DNA of 64,000 nucleotides, taken from assembly GCA_040079575.1 (NCBI GenBank), contig JBEBKH010000003.1, forward strand, positions 7,854 through 71,853. Reading direction: 5' to 3'. Source of the DNA: Chakrabartia sp. Its GTDB lineage: Bacteria; Pseudomonadota; Alphaproteobacteria; Sphingomonadales; Sphingomonadaceae. A program made the position numbers and the translations under genes. The notes under the pieces are model-generated. The model did no database searches, was not told the DNA's origin, and saw nothing but the letters and a program-made list of their open reading frames with translations. This document shows, piece by piece, positions 47,922 to 56,863 of this stretch. How positions within the stretch are numbered: the stretch's first letter is position 1; each line of letters starts with the position of its first letter.

Positions 47922-50686
47922 ACGGCCCTTCGCGCGACAACCACGGCGCAACCATCTCCTTCACCTTCGACGGAAAAAAACTCACAGCGCGGCAGGGCGA
48001 TACATTGGCCGCAGCACTGCTTGCCAACGGCATCGGCCTCGTCGGACGCAGTTTCAAATATCACCGGCCACGCGGGATCATGACAGCGGGTGTCGAAGAA
48101 CCCAACGCCCTTGTTACCGTTGGTGAAGGCGGACGCAGCGAACCCAATAGCCGCGCAACCGACGTGTTCGTTTATGAAGGCTTGGTCGCCAAAAGCCAGA
48201 ACCGCTGGCCAAATCTGCGCTTCGACGCTGGCGCGGTTTTTGGTTTTGCTGCACCCATTTTATCCGCCGGATTTTATTACAAAACCTTTTTCGGTTCGGC
48301 CAAGCGCTGGATATTTTACGAATATTTCATCCGCAAAGCGGCCGGGTTGGGCAACGCGCCGACGCAGGCCGACCCCGACCGTTTCAGCCAACGTGCGGCA
48401 TTTTGCGATCTGCTGGTGGTTGGCGCGGGACCAGCCGGACTGTCGGCAGCGCGCGACGCAGCTGAAGCAGGGCAAAGTGTTATTTTGGTTGAACAGGACC
48501 AAATCTTGGGGGCTTCCCTGATCCGCGATCCGCAGAATTTGGACGCAGCCTGGATCAACGATACCGGACAAAGCATCCGCAAAGCTGGTGGTCGTATCCT
48601 GACGCGGACAACGGCATCCGGATATTGGGAACATGACCTCGTCACATTGACGCAGCGCATTGCAGAACCCGGCCAAGCGCCTGCAAATGGTGTCGCACAG
48701 CGGCTTTGGCATGTGCGTGCGGGCCGCGTCATCCTTGCGACTGGTTCTATCGAACGTCCCATTGCATTTGCCCATAATGACCGCCCGGGGGTGATGCTGT
48801 CTCAAGCTGCGCGCACCTATGTGCAGCGTTTTGGTGTGTTACCAGGAAAGCGTGTGGTGATCGCAACAAACAATGATGATGCCTATAAAACGGCACAAGC
48901 ATTGAATGATGCCGGAGCAGACATCGTTGCAATCCTTGACGCGCGGCCTGCCCCAGCGGGTCAGGAGTGCGGCTTTCCTGTGTACAATGATGCCGTCCCG
49001 CACTCAACCAAAGGCGCTCGTCATTGCTTGAAAAGCGTCAGCGCGTTGGTCGATGGTTCAACCAAAAGCTGGAAAGCAGATTTGCTTGCCGTGTCGGGTG
49101 GCTTCACACCTGTCGTGCACCTCCACATGCAGGCGGGCGGTACACTTGACTGGAAAGAGGCGGCACAAGCCTTTGTTCCCGCCATGTCGCGCCAAAATGT
49201 GATAACCATCGGCGGCGCAAACAATCCCGAACCCGTTTTCACCCTGACACCTGTTTCGTCCCCAAAGAAGAGCTTCATCGATTTCCAGAATGATGTGACG
49301 CTGGCTGATGTCGATCTCGCTTGGGCAGAAGGTTATCGTTCGGTCGAACATTTGAAGCGTTACACCACGCTTGGGATGGCGACCGATCAGGGTAAACTCA
49401 GCAATATGGCAGCCCTTGGTCGTTTGGCTGAAAAGCAGGGCTTGGCCATTCCCGAGGCGGGTCTCACGACGTTCCGTCCGCCCTACACACCTGTCACAAT
49501 GGGGTTACTTGCGGGAGCGGGAGCGAAGGATGGCGGCGCACATGTCCGGCGTTTGGCACTTTATGATGTACATCAGGCAAAGAACCCGATCTGGCAACCA
49601 CTCGGTTATTGGTTTCGCCCACGTGCTTACCCGTTAACCGGTGAAACATTGGCGCAGGCAGCACTGCGTGAAGCGAGGGCCGTGCGGACCAGCGTCGGGA
49701 TGACTGACGTATCAACGCTTGCCAAGTTTGAAGTTAGCGGGCCAGATGCTGCAGCTTTTCTAGAAATCATCTGCGCGACCAGCGTCAGCAAGCTCGCGGT
49801 TGGGCGTGGACGTTACACCTTCATGCTCCGCGAAGATGGATTTGTGTTTGATGATGGCACGGTTTGGCGGTTGGATGAAAACCGCTATTTACTGACCAGT
49901 TCCACCGGCGGCGCAGACCGGATGGCGACACATATTTCCTATGTCCGACAATATTTATGCCCGCATTTGCGCGTTTCGGCGGTCAATGTGCAGGAACATT
50001 ATGCGGGAATTGCGATTGCGGGGCCAAACGCAAAAGCAGTGCTCACTACGCTGATCGGTGAAGCGCCGCCGCGCCATATGTCGACTGTCCCGGCTTCCAT
50101 CGCAGACATACCAGTGATCATCCTCGCCGCCAGCTACAGCGGTGAACGCGCGTTTGAAATCTATGTCGATGCGCAACACGCCGCTAAGGTATGGGCTGCC
50201 TCCGAAACCCAAGTCTCTGCGCAAGGCGGCTGCCTTTACGGAATGGAGGCGATGGAATTTCTCCGTATCGAAAAGGGCCATTTGGTTGTCGGGGGTGAAG
50301 TGGATGGGCGGATGACGCCGCATGATCTGGCGCTTGATAAAATGCTCAACAAATCCGGCGGCTATATTGGCGCGTCTGGGCTTTCACGACCGGCATTGTC
50401 GACGTCGGGGCGTCGTCAATTGATCGGGATGGAGGCGATTGAGGGCATGATCCCCGAAGGCGCAATGCTCATTACACGCGGCGGTGAATCCCCAGAAGGC
50501 CACGTCAGCGCCGCCGCGTTTCGCATTATAGAAGGCGGGGCGATTGCACTGGGGCAATTGGTCGACGGGTTCAGCCGCCACGGCGAAGAATTGATCGCGT
50601 CATCACCCACACGCGGACAAAGCGCGCGCGTCCGCATTGTCGCTCCGCATTTTTATGACACAGCAGGGGAACGCTACCGTGACTGA
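47918..50686 (+). CDS. soxA: Sarcosine oxidase alpha subunit, copy 1
   Basis: RSFKYHRPRG, GAGPAG, DFQNDV, KRYTTLGMATDQGK, TFRPPY; GcvT-like C-terminal half. Confidence 0.93.
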   Translation: MNGPSRDNHGATISFTFDGKKLTARQGDTLAAALLANGIGLVGRSFKYHRPRGIMTAGVEEPNALVTVGEGGRSEPNSRATDVFVYEGLVAKSQNRWPNLRFDAGAVFGFAAPILSAGFYYKTFFGSAKRWIFYEYFIRKAAGLGNAPTQADPDRFSQRAAFCDLLVVGAGPAGLSAARDAAEAGQSVILVEQDQILGASLIRDPQNLDAAWINDTGQSIRKAGGRILTRTTASGYWEHDLVTLTQRIAEPGQAPANGVAQRLWHVRAGRVILATGSIERPIAFAHNDRPGVMLSQAARTYVQRFGVLPGKRVVIATNNDDAYKTAQALNDAGADIVAILDARPAPAGQECGFPVYNDAVPHSTKGARHCLKSVSALVDGSTKSWKADLLAVSGGFTPVVHLHMQAGGTLDWKEAAQAFVPAMSRQNVITIGGANNPEPVFTLTPVSSPKKSFIDFQNDVTLADVDLAWAEGYRSVEHLKRYTTLGMATDQGKLSNMAALGRLAEKQGLAIPEAGLTTFRPPYTPVTMGLLAGAGAKDGGAHVRRLALYDVHQAKNPIWQPLGYWFRPRAYPLTGETLAQAALREARAVRTSVGMTDVSTLAKFEVSGPDAAAFLEIICATSVSKLAVGRGRYTFMLREDGFVFDDGTVWRLDENRYLLTSSTGGADRMATHISYVRQYLCPHLRVSAVNVQEHYAGIAIAGPNAKAVLTTLIGEAPPRHMSTVPASIADIPVIILAASYSGERAFEIYVDAQHAAKVWAASETQVSAQGGCLYGMEAMEFLRIEKGHLVVGGEVDGRMTPHDLALDKMLNKSGGYIGASGLSRPALSTSGRRQLIGMEAIEGMIPEGAMLITRGGESPEGHVSAAAFRIIEGGAIALGQLVDGFSRHGEELIASSPTRGQSARVRIVAPHFYDTAGERYRD

Positions 50687-51170
50687 CGTGACGATTACGA
50701 TCCTCCCCGCTGCGCTGCTCCATGCCTTTGAAATTTGGAGTCATCCAGCCGTCGCCGCCAAACGCTTCAAGGCCGCCACCGGTTTTGCGCTTCCGCCAAT
50801 GGGCCGTTCAGCAGGTAGCGATGCATTGCGCCTGATCCGGTTTGAACCCACCGTCTGGCTGGTCGAAGGTGATGCGTCGCCCTTACCGGCGATTTTGGAA
50901 GAAGACGGTGCACTCACCGCGATCGGCGGCGGCGTGGTGCGCGTGCGATTATCGGGTGACGGCTGGCGCACGCTGTTGATGGAGGGCGGCGTGTTTGATG
51001 CCGAAAGTCCGGATTTCGCTCCGGGATGCAGCGCTGCAACCATCATTGATCACGTTGCTGTGCGGCTGCACGTGGTCAGTGATGACATGTGTGACGCCTA
51101 TGTTCCGCGCAGCTTTAGCACAGGGTTGGTGCATTTTTGGGAACAGGCGACACGGAATCTGGCCGCTTAA
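50679..51170 (+). CDS. soxG: Sarcosine oxidase gamma subunit, copy 1 (divergent)
   Basis: Position after soxA (GTG overlap); GcvT-N-like fold features, VPRSFSTGLVHFW. Confidence 0.75.
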   Translation: MTDVTITILPAALLHAFEIWSHPAVAAKRFKAATGFALPPMGRSAGSDALRLIRFEPTVWLVEGDASPLPAILEEDGALTAIGGGVVRVRLSGDGWRTLLMEGGVFDAESPDFAPGCSAATIIDHVAVRLHVVSDDMCDAYVPRSFSTGLVHFWEQATRNLAA

Positions 51171-51172
51171 GG

Positions 51173-51346
51173 TCAGGGCCGCACCACACGCTTGCCCTTC
51201 GTGCGGCCGGTCAGATGATACTGCTGGCAACGATCACAGCGATATGGCCTGAGCGGATAGTCTGCACGCCGCGCGACCGAAAGCGCATCCTGTTCGGACA
51301 TAAAGCGTACTTTCTTGATGCAAATGCTCAGTTTTGTGCGCACCAT
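51173..51346 (-). CDS. 57-aa basic small protein with C-x27-CxxC-x3-H pattern (putative zinc finger); absent from the ORF track
   Basis: GAGGA RBS then ATG; MVRTKLSICIKKVRFMSEQDALSVARRADYPLRPYRCDRCQQYHLTGRTKGKRVVRP-stop. Confidence 0.75.
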   Translation of the reverse strand: MVRTKLSICIKKVRFMSEQDALSVARRADYPLRPYRCDRCQQYHLTGRTKGKRVVRP

Positions 51347-51387
51347 TATTCCTCGTCGCCAGATTAATGCTTTTCATATATTCCCTC

Positions 51388-51433
51388 TTGTAGCGATTGC
51401 TACAATCAGCTATTGATGTAGCAATCGCTACAA
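51388..51433. promoter_or_regulatory. Perfect 17-bp inverted repeat made of two TGTAGC-N4-GCTACA dyads; probable tandem repressor operator
   Basis: TTGTAGCGATTGCTACA-N12-TGTAGCAATCGCTACAA between divergent genes. Confidence 0.8.
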
Positions 51434-51449
51434 AATAAGGATAGCTGCC

Positions 51450-51851
51450 ATGACTCTTGTTCAAATATTACCCATTGTTGCCGCCGTCGGACTTGCTTTG
51501 ACAACCACTGTTATCGCGGCGCGGCCCTTCAGCGCACCCAGTAAGAACATATGGCTCTTCCCTGCATTTCTGTCCTTTTTGTTCTTGATTTGGTCGCTCT
51601 ATGCGGCCTTAACCGAGGGCGTGACTGGCTTTTGGCCGGAACATACGCGTAACCTTTGGGGCAACCAAATCTGGTTTGACCTGCTCTTTGCCGCAGGCAT
51701 CGGCTGGACACTCATCGTGCCGCGCGCCAAGGCGCAAGCAATGTCGCTATTTCCGTGGTTGACACTGATCCTTCTCACGGGCTGCATCGGGTTTCTGGCG
51801 ATGCTCTCGCGACTCTTCTATCTGGAAGAAAAATCCACAGCGGTTGCTTGA
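51450..51851 (+). CDS. Small integral membrane protein (DUF2834-like)
   Basis: Four hydrophobic segments, WGNQIWFDL motif; AAGGA RBS. Confidence 0.7.
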   Translation: MTLVQILPIVAAVGLALTTTVIAARPFSAPSKNIWLFPAFLSFLFLIWSLYAALTEGVTGFWPEHTRNLWGNQIWFDLLFAAGIGWTLIVPRAKAQAMSLFPWLTLILLTGCIGFLAMLSRLFYLEEKSTAVA

Positions 51852-51884
51852 CCATGAACACAGCTTTGCCATAGGCTTCATACC

Positions 51885-52313
51885 ATGTTTGGTTTGCTTG
51901 CTCTTGTTCTGGCTGCGATTTTTTTTGGCGCTGCAATATATATCAATATCGCTGAACATCCCGCGCGCCTTAAGCTCAGTGTTGGGGCCACACTTGAACA
52001 ATGGGGTCCTTCATATAAGCGCGGTTTTGCGATGCAGGCATCGCTCGCCATTGCATCAGGAGCATGCGGTTTTGTGGCATGGTGGGCCAGTGGCGACCTG
52101 ATCTGGGCCGTTGGATCAATACTGATCTTGTCCAATTGGCCATACACTTTGCTGGTGATTATGCCGGTCAATCATAAACTCGAAGCAACAAAGGTCGCCG
52201 ATGCATCCTCTGAGACTATGTCACTATTGATTCGTTGGGGTAACCTTCACGCGGTGCGCAGTGGATTAAGCCTGATCGCAACCTTGATCTTTCTGGTTGC
52301 AGCTTTACCCTAA
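51885..52313 (+). CDS. DUF1772/anthrone oxygenase-like membrane protein
   Basis: GAAIYINIAEHPAR...W..SYKRG..MQA...PYT..VIMPVN..L...W..LHAVR pattern. Confidence 0.8.
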   Translation: MFGLLALVLAAIFFGAAIYINIAEHPARLKLSVGATLEQWGPSYKRGFAMQASLAIASGACGFVAWWASGDLIWAVGSILILSNWPYTLLVIMPVNHKLEATKVADASSETMSLLIRWGNLHAVRSGLSLIATLIFLVAALP

Positions 52314-52321
52314 AAGCTCCT

Positions 52322-53629
52322 TCACTCTTTGGCCTGCGAATGATTGAGTATCATGCCCTGCGCATGGCGTCGCTGGAAACCTTTCCATAAGGTTACGCCC
52401 TCTCCGCTAGGGCTATATGCGCCCCAGCCGGTGCCTGCGGGGGCGTTCCAAATGCCATCGTCCGAATGCTCTACCTGCACATTGAGATAAGCCCTTTGGT
52501 CCAACTGCCCGCGCATGTTCAGCCCCAAAAACGCGGTGATAAAATGTAAGTTGATCGCATTGATACGGTCTTGTCGCCAGATCGGGTCTTCAAACCAATC
52601 AATATCCCAAACGGACCCGCGCATTTCGGGCGGCGCGGGATTGAGTGCCACAGAATGGCCAGCTTGCTGATATGTGAGCAAATAACGGTCAGCATGAACG
52701 GCCCCCTTAAACACAGCGAGTGCACCGCTTTTATAATCAACCACCGGATCCTTATCCCCCTGAATAAGGAGCAATGGGGCGGTGACCGCGGCGAGCCCTT
52801 CATCGCCCCAGGCGCTTTTGGGAAAACCGCCGCCCGGGGCAAGTGCAACGATTGCCCTGACGCCGGGAACAATGATTTCGCTCGCACCCGCCATCCCACG
52901 CGCATATTTTTTAAGCTGCCCACCCGCGACCAGCGCCATATTTGGTCCGGCGGGATCAAGGCTTGCGCCGCCAGAGGTTAGGACGCCGTATCCCCCTTGC
53001 GAATAACCGATCAGCGCAACATTATCAGGATCAATCTGCTTGCCTAGGCTCTTGCGAAGCTGCGCCGTGACAAAAGCAATGTCACGGGGGCGATTGAAAT
53101 TTGGGGCAGCGCGCTGCGCAGCTGTCACCACATAGGGGTTGGGGTCATTATGGTGAATGGCCGCCACGACATAGCCTTTTGACGCAAGGTTTTCAGTAAG
53201 CCATGTCATTGATGCCGGTGCGTTACTGTAACCGTGGGAGACGACGACCAATGGATGCCCGCGGCCAGCCGCTTGCGCATTCATAACCGCCAACCCCGGC
53301 ACAGTGAATGCAACGGGTAGTCGCGGCGGCTCCCCCCAAAAAGCCGCGCGATAGGTGACACGCTTGGCACTTTTTTTGACGATAGCCGGATACCAGATAT
53401 CAACCACAACTTCTCTGTCATGAACTAGAAGATGTCCTGTTGCCGGATCACCGTTTTGCACATCAACTTGTGCGCGGTGCAGCAAAGTCATCGTCTTAAA
53501 ACCAACGCCAGCCGGACCAAGGCTTGCCAATTCAGGCGCGTCTACACCCGGGACGCTTGGCAAGCCATTATGGGCTTGCAAAGGACCTGTCGCGATCAGG
53601 GTCATGCAGAGCGCGGTCATATATTTCAT
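52322..53629 (-). CDS. Secreted alpha/beta hydrolase (dienelactone hydrolase/PAF-AH-like)
   Basis: Signal peptide; VSHGY oxyanion hole, GYSQG nucleophile elbow, GDKD, AGH. Confidence 0.85.
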   Translation of the reverse strand: MKYMTALCMTLIATGPLQAHNGLPSVPGVDAPELASLGPAGVGFKTMTLLHRAQVDVQNGDPATGHLLVHDREVVVDIWYPAIVKKSAKRVTYRAAFWGEPPRLPVAFTVPGLAVMNAQAAGRGHPLVVVSHGYSNAPASMTWLTENLASKGYVVAAIHHNDPNPYVVTAAQRAAPNFNRPRDIAFVTAQLRKSLGKQIDPDNVALIGYSQGGYGVLTSGGASLDPAGPNMALVAGGQLKKYARGMAGASEIIVPGVRAIVALAPGGGFPKSAWGDEGLAAVTAPLLLIQGDKDPVVDYKSGALAVFKGAVHADRYLLTYQQAGHSVALNPAPPEMRGSVWDIDWFEDPIWRQDRINAINLHFITAFLGLNMRGQLDQRAYLNVQVEHSDDGIWNAPAGTGWGAYSPSGEGVTLWKGFQRRHAQGMILNHSQAKE

Positions 53630-54618
53630 ACACTATACTCTCGCCCTTCGCTGCTGGTCGCAGCGGGCCAAGCCAATTGCTGTTCCATCCAAGGATAGAC
53701 GGCAATAAGCGACGGAAACGTCACATCCCGCAAGAATGCACGACTCAAATCCGCCGTTTGTTTTGGAATATCGCTCAATTCCCCCATGCGCGAAACGACC
53801 TGAACTTGCCGCGCAAAACGACCTCGCGTCATCGGCTCAGCGCGCAATTGGGGTAAGAGTTCCTGTACTGCAGCAAGACAGACCGGCGTGGTGATCGTCC
53901 AGCCCAAACCCGCAGCGACAAGCGCCAATTGCTGGTGCGACGATTCAACCTCGATACACTGCGGCAGTTTCAACTTCATACGAACAATCTGCCGCTCAAT
54001 CTGTTGCCCCGTTCCAGTCAGATGCGAAAAGCGAATGAACGGGAGCGTTGTGGGTATGCCAGCGCGGTCCAACGGTTCGGAAAAATCTTTTGGGAAAACG
54101 TAGATGAAGCTTTCTTCAAACACGTGATGCAGTTCAACAGTATCTCGGTGTTCAAGGTTAAAGCTACCCGTCACCATCATATCGATATCGCGCGCCAGAA
54201 ATTCGCCCTGATGCTCCATCGAAATGCCCGACCGGATATTCCATCTGTCTGCTCGTCCGCCCAGCGCCGACAATATTGGCACTGTTAACTGATTGGCCAG
54301 GCTAAAAGACATCGCCACTGTCACGCTTGAAATCGGCAGATGCGCGCCGTCACGCACATCATCATAGGTGGAACGCGCCAATGCGATAAGCGTCTGGCCG
54401 CGCGCGAACAGCGATTTTCCACTGGCGGTCAATCCCAAAGGTCGCATCGTCCGGTCAAACAAGGGTGCGCCGATACCGGCCTCCAATTTGGCGATCGTTT
54501 GCGACACAGCAGACTGTGTGACCTGCAAATGGCCAGCGCATTGTGACATGCCACCAAGTTCAACCGTCATCACAAACACTTCAAGCGCGTGAAGATCAAA
54601 TTCTTGCGGCAGCTTCAC
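53626..54618 (-). CDS. LysR family regulator
   Basis: DLHALEVF...MSQCAGHLQVTQSAVSQTIAKLE...LFDR helix-turn-helix; GTG start. Confidence 0.93.
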   Translation of the reverse strand: MKLPQEFDLHALEVFVMTVELGGMSQCAGHLQVTQSAVSQTIAKLEAGIGAPLFDRTMRPLGLTASGKSLFARGQTLIALARSTYDDVRDGAHLPISSVTVAMSFSLANQLTVPILSALGGRADRWNIRSGISMEHQGEFLARDIDMMVTGSFNLEHRDTVELHHVFEESFIYVFPKDFSEPLDRAGIPTTLPFIRFSHLTGTGQQIERQIVRMKLKLPQCIEVESSHQQLALVAAGLGWTITTPVCLAAVQELLPQLRAEPMTRGRFARQVQVVSRMGELSDIPKQTADLSRAFLRDVTFPSLIAVYPWMEQQLAWPAATSSEGREYSV

Positions 54619-54728
54619 GGCGAGCGATCCCCTGTTCCAATCCGAAATGGCCAGTATTACTTACACTAATGGCTAACCCAGATGGATTGTAATGGCCGCA
54701 TGCATTTTCGGCATGGCCAAACTTCATC

Positions 54729-56324
54729 TCAACGCGCTTCATCCTTTACGGGGCTGTCTGCCCTATTCCGGTGCAATGCCAGCAAGCCTTTCAGCGTTCC
54801 GGCACACATCAACAGGAGAATCCCAGCCAGCGGCAGCCCCGTTGCAATCGCCCCAGCCTGCAATGATGTCAGGCCGCCGCTCAGCAACAGAACAACGCCA
54901 ATGCCACCAACAGCGAACAGCCAGATTGTCTTTTGTCGAAGCGGCGTATCTGTGCGCCCCCCGGCAGTCATTGTATCGATCACAAGCGTCCCCGAATCCC
55001 AACCCGTCACAAAGAAAATCAGGATGAGGCAGATGGCAACGAACGATGTCATCTGCGCCAAAGGCAGTGCACCGAGCAACACAAACAGCTGTGTATCAAG
55101 CGGTGCCTTTGCCAATTCTGCCCCGTTGCCCGCAACAATCTGTGCGATGCTGGCATCGCCAAAAATAGTGAGCCAGATAATACCGAGAAGACTGGGCGCG
55201 ATCATGGCCCCCGCGATGAATTCGCGCACTGTTCGTCCCAGTGAAATGCGGGCCATGAACATGCCGACAAAGGGTGCCCAGCTGATCCACCACGCCCAGT
55301 AATAAACCGACCAATCATTGTAAAAACCCGTGTCAGCGCGGCCGATAGGATTGGAGAGTGCGGGCAACAGCCGGACATAGTTGACGGTGTTAACGGCAAC
55401 GTCTCCCAACAATTGCAGTGCCGATCCTGTGGTCAAGACGAAGACCAGCAAGGCAAAGGCAACCCACAGATTGACCTCGCTCAAAATGCGAATGCCGCGA
55501 TCAATGCCGCCGCGCACCGACAGGAAAGTAACACCCGCCATGATTGCAATCAGCGCCATCAAGGCCAACGGCGTATTGGCAATACCATAAAGATAAGTAA
55601 TTCCGGCCATCGCCTGCTGCGCGCCCAGACCCAGCGATGTCGCCAAACCGAATATGGTTGCCAGTACCGCCAACACTTCAATCACATCGCCAGCCCCTCC
55701 CCAAACCGCTTTGCCGAACAACGGATAAAATGCCGACCGCATCGAAAGCGGCATGTTGAAATCATATGCAAACACAGCAAGAGCCAATCCCGTCACAGCA
55801 AAAATTGCCCAGGGGTGAAGAGACCAGTCAAAGATTGTTGCGGCCATCGCCAAGCTGCGCGCGCCATCGGCATCGCCTGCTGCCCCGCCCAAGGGCGCTG
55901 CAACGCTCCCTGCCATGGAGGATGTGAAATGCGTGACGGGTTCGCCGACCCCGTAGAAAACAAGCCCGATCCCCATACCTGCACCAAAGAGCATGGCGAA
56001 CCAAGACAGCCGCGAATAATCTGGCGTCGCGCCCTTGCCACCAAGCCTGATTTTTCCGAGCGGGGAAAGCGCAACACCAATACAGAATAGCAAAATCACA
56101 TTGCCAACCGACATGAAGAACCAGTCAAACTGTGACACAGCCCCGGCGCGAAGGGCCGAAAATATCTCTGCCGATACCTTTGGCGCAAATACGCTCAAAA
56201 GGATGATTGCCAGTGATATCAAAATAGTCGGGAAAAACACCGCTGGGTTGATCATCATCCCGCCCCAATCCCGGTTGGATTTTCCGTATGCGCCGAGATC
56301 AATCTTTTTCGTCCAGTCCACCAT
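54729..56324 (-). CDS. BCCT family betaine/carnitine/choline transporter
   Basis: WFAMLFGAGMGIG, WSLHPW, YYWAWWISWAPFVGMF aromatic box; start at MVDWT after GGGGGGAAG. Confidence 0.95.
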   Translation of the reverse strand: MVDWTKKIDLGAYGKSNRDWGGMMINPAVFFPTILISLAIILLSVFAPKVSAEIFSALRAGAVSQFDWFFMSVGNVILLFCIGVALSPLGKIRLGGKGATPDYSRLSWFAMLFGAGMGIGLVFYGVGEPVTHFTSSMAGSVAAPLGGAAGDADGARSLAMAATIFDWSLHPWAIFAVTGLALAVFAYDFNMPLSMRSAFYPLFGKAVWGGAGDVIEVLAVLATIFGLATSLGLGAQQAMAGITYLYGIANTPLALMALIAIMAGVTFLSVRGGIDRGIRILSEVNLWVAFALLVFVLTTGSALQLLGDVAVNTVNYVRLLPALSNPIGRADTGFYNDWSVYYWAWWISWAPFVGMFMARISLGRTVREFIAGAMIAPSLLGIIWLTIFGDASIAQIVAGNGAELAKAPLDTQLFVLLGALPLAQMTSFVAICLILIFFVTGWDSGTLVIDTMTAGGRTDTPLRQKTIWLFAVGGIGVVLLLSGGLTSLQAGAIATGLPLAGILLLMCAGTLKGLLALHRNRADSPVKDEAR

Positions 56325-56356
56325 ATCGCTTCCCCCCAATGGCCATTGTCGATAGT

Positions 56357-56863
56357 TCAATGGCTGGCAGCCACTGTGATCGCGTTCCAAAGCCAAGGTG
56401 CGAAACTGCGCCATACTTCAACATGAAAACAGTCATCACTTTCTCGGATCAGGATGATTTCAACTGTTTCATAAAGGGTGCGGCTGGCCCGCCCGGTCGC
56501 AAAAAAATCGAGATCGAGCGGACAGCCCGACATCAAAACCTCCGCCGCGCGCGGGCCCTCCACGTTGAAGCAGACGGCACGCTCGCTCACATCCGTAACC
56601 GCTATCGCCAAACCTTCTCCGGTGGGAATGACGTTATCCACCGGCCCTCGCTTAAGCCATTCATCGGGACCAAGGCAGGCAATGCCACCCATCGTCGCGC
56701 CAATCTTATCTGGCACTTTCGTTTTGAGCAGCGTTTCCAGCACCTGCGCTTCCCGTGCGCGCAAGGAATAGCGCGCCATTGCGGGAGCAAGACTGATCGT
56801 CACGCCGTTTGCCACAAAGGGCGCTGTCGGAACGGGTTCAGTGCGGATCAGCGGATCAGACAT
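56357..56863 (-). CDS. soxG: Sarcosine oxidase gamma subunit, copy 2
   Basis: LGPDEWL, DVSE, GCPLDL, EVWRSFAPWLW. Confidence 0.9.
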   Translation of the reverse strand: MSDPLIRTEPVPTAPFVANGVTISLAPAMARYSLRAREAQVLETLLKTKVPDKIGATMGGIACLGPDEWLKRGPVDNVIPTGEGLAIAVTDVSERAVCFNVEGPRAAEVLMSGCPLDLDFFATGRASRTLYETVEIILIRESDDCFHVEVWRSFAPWLWNAITVAASH

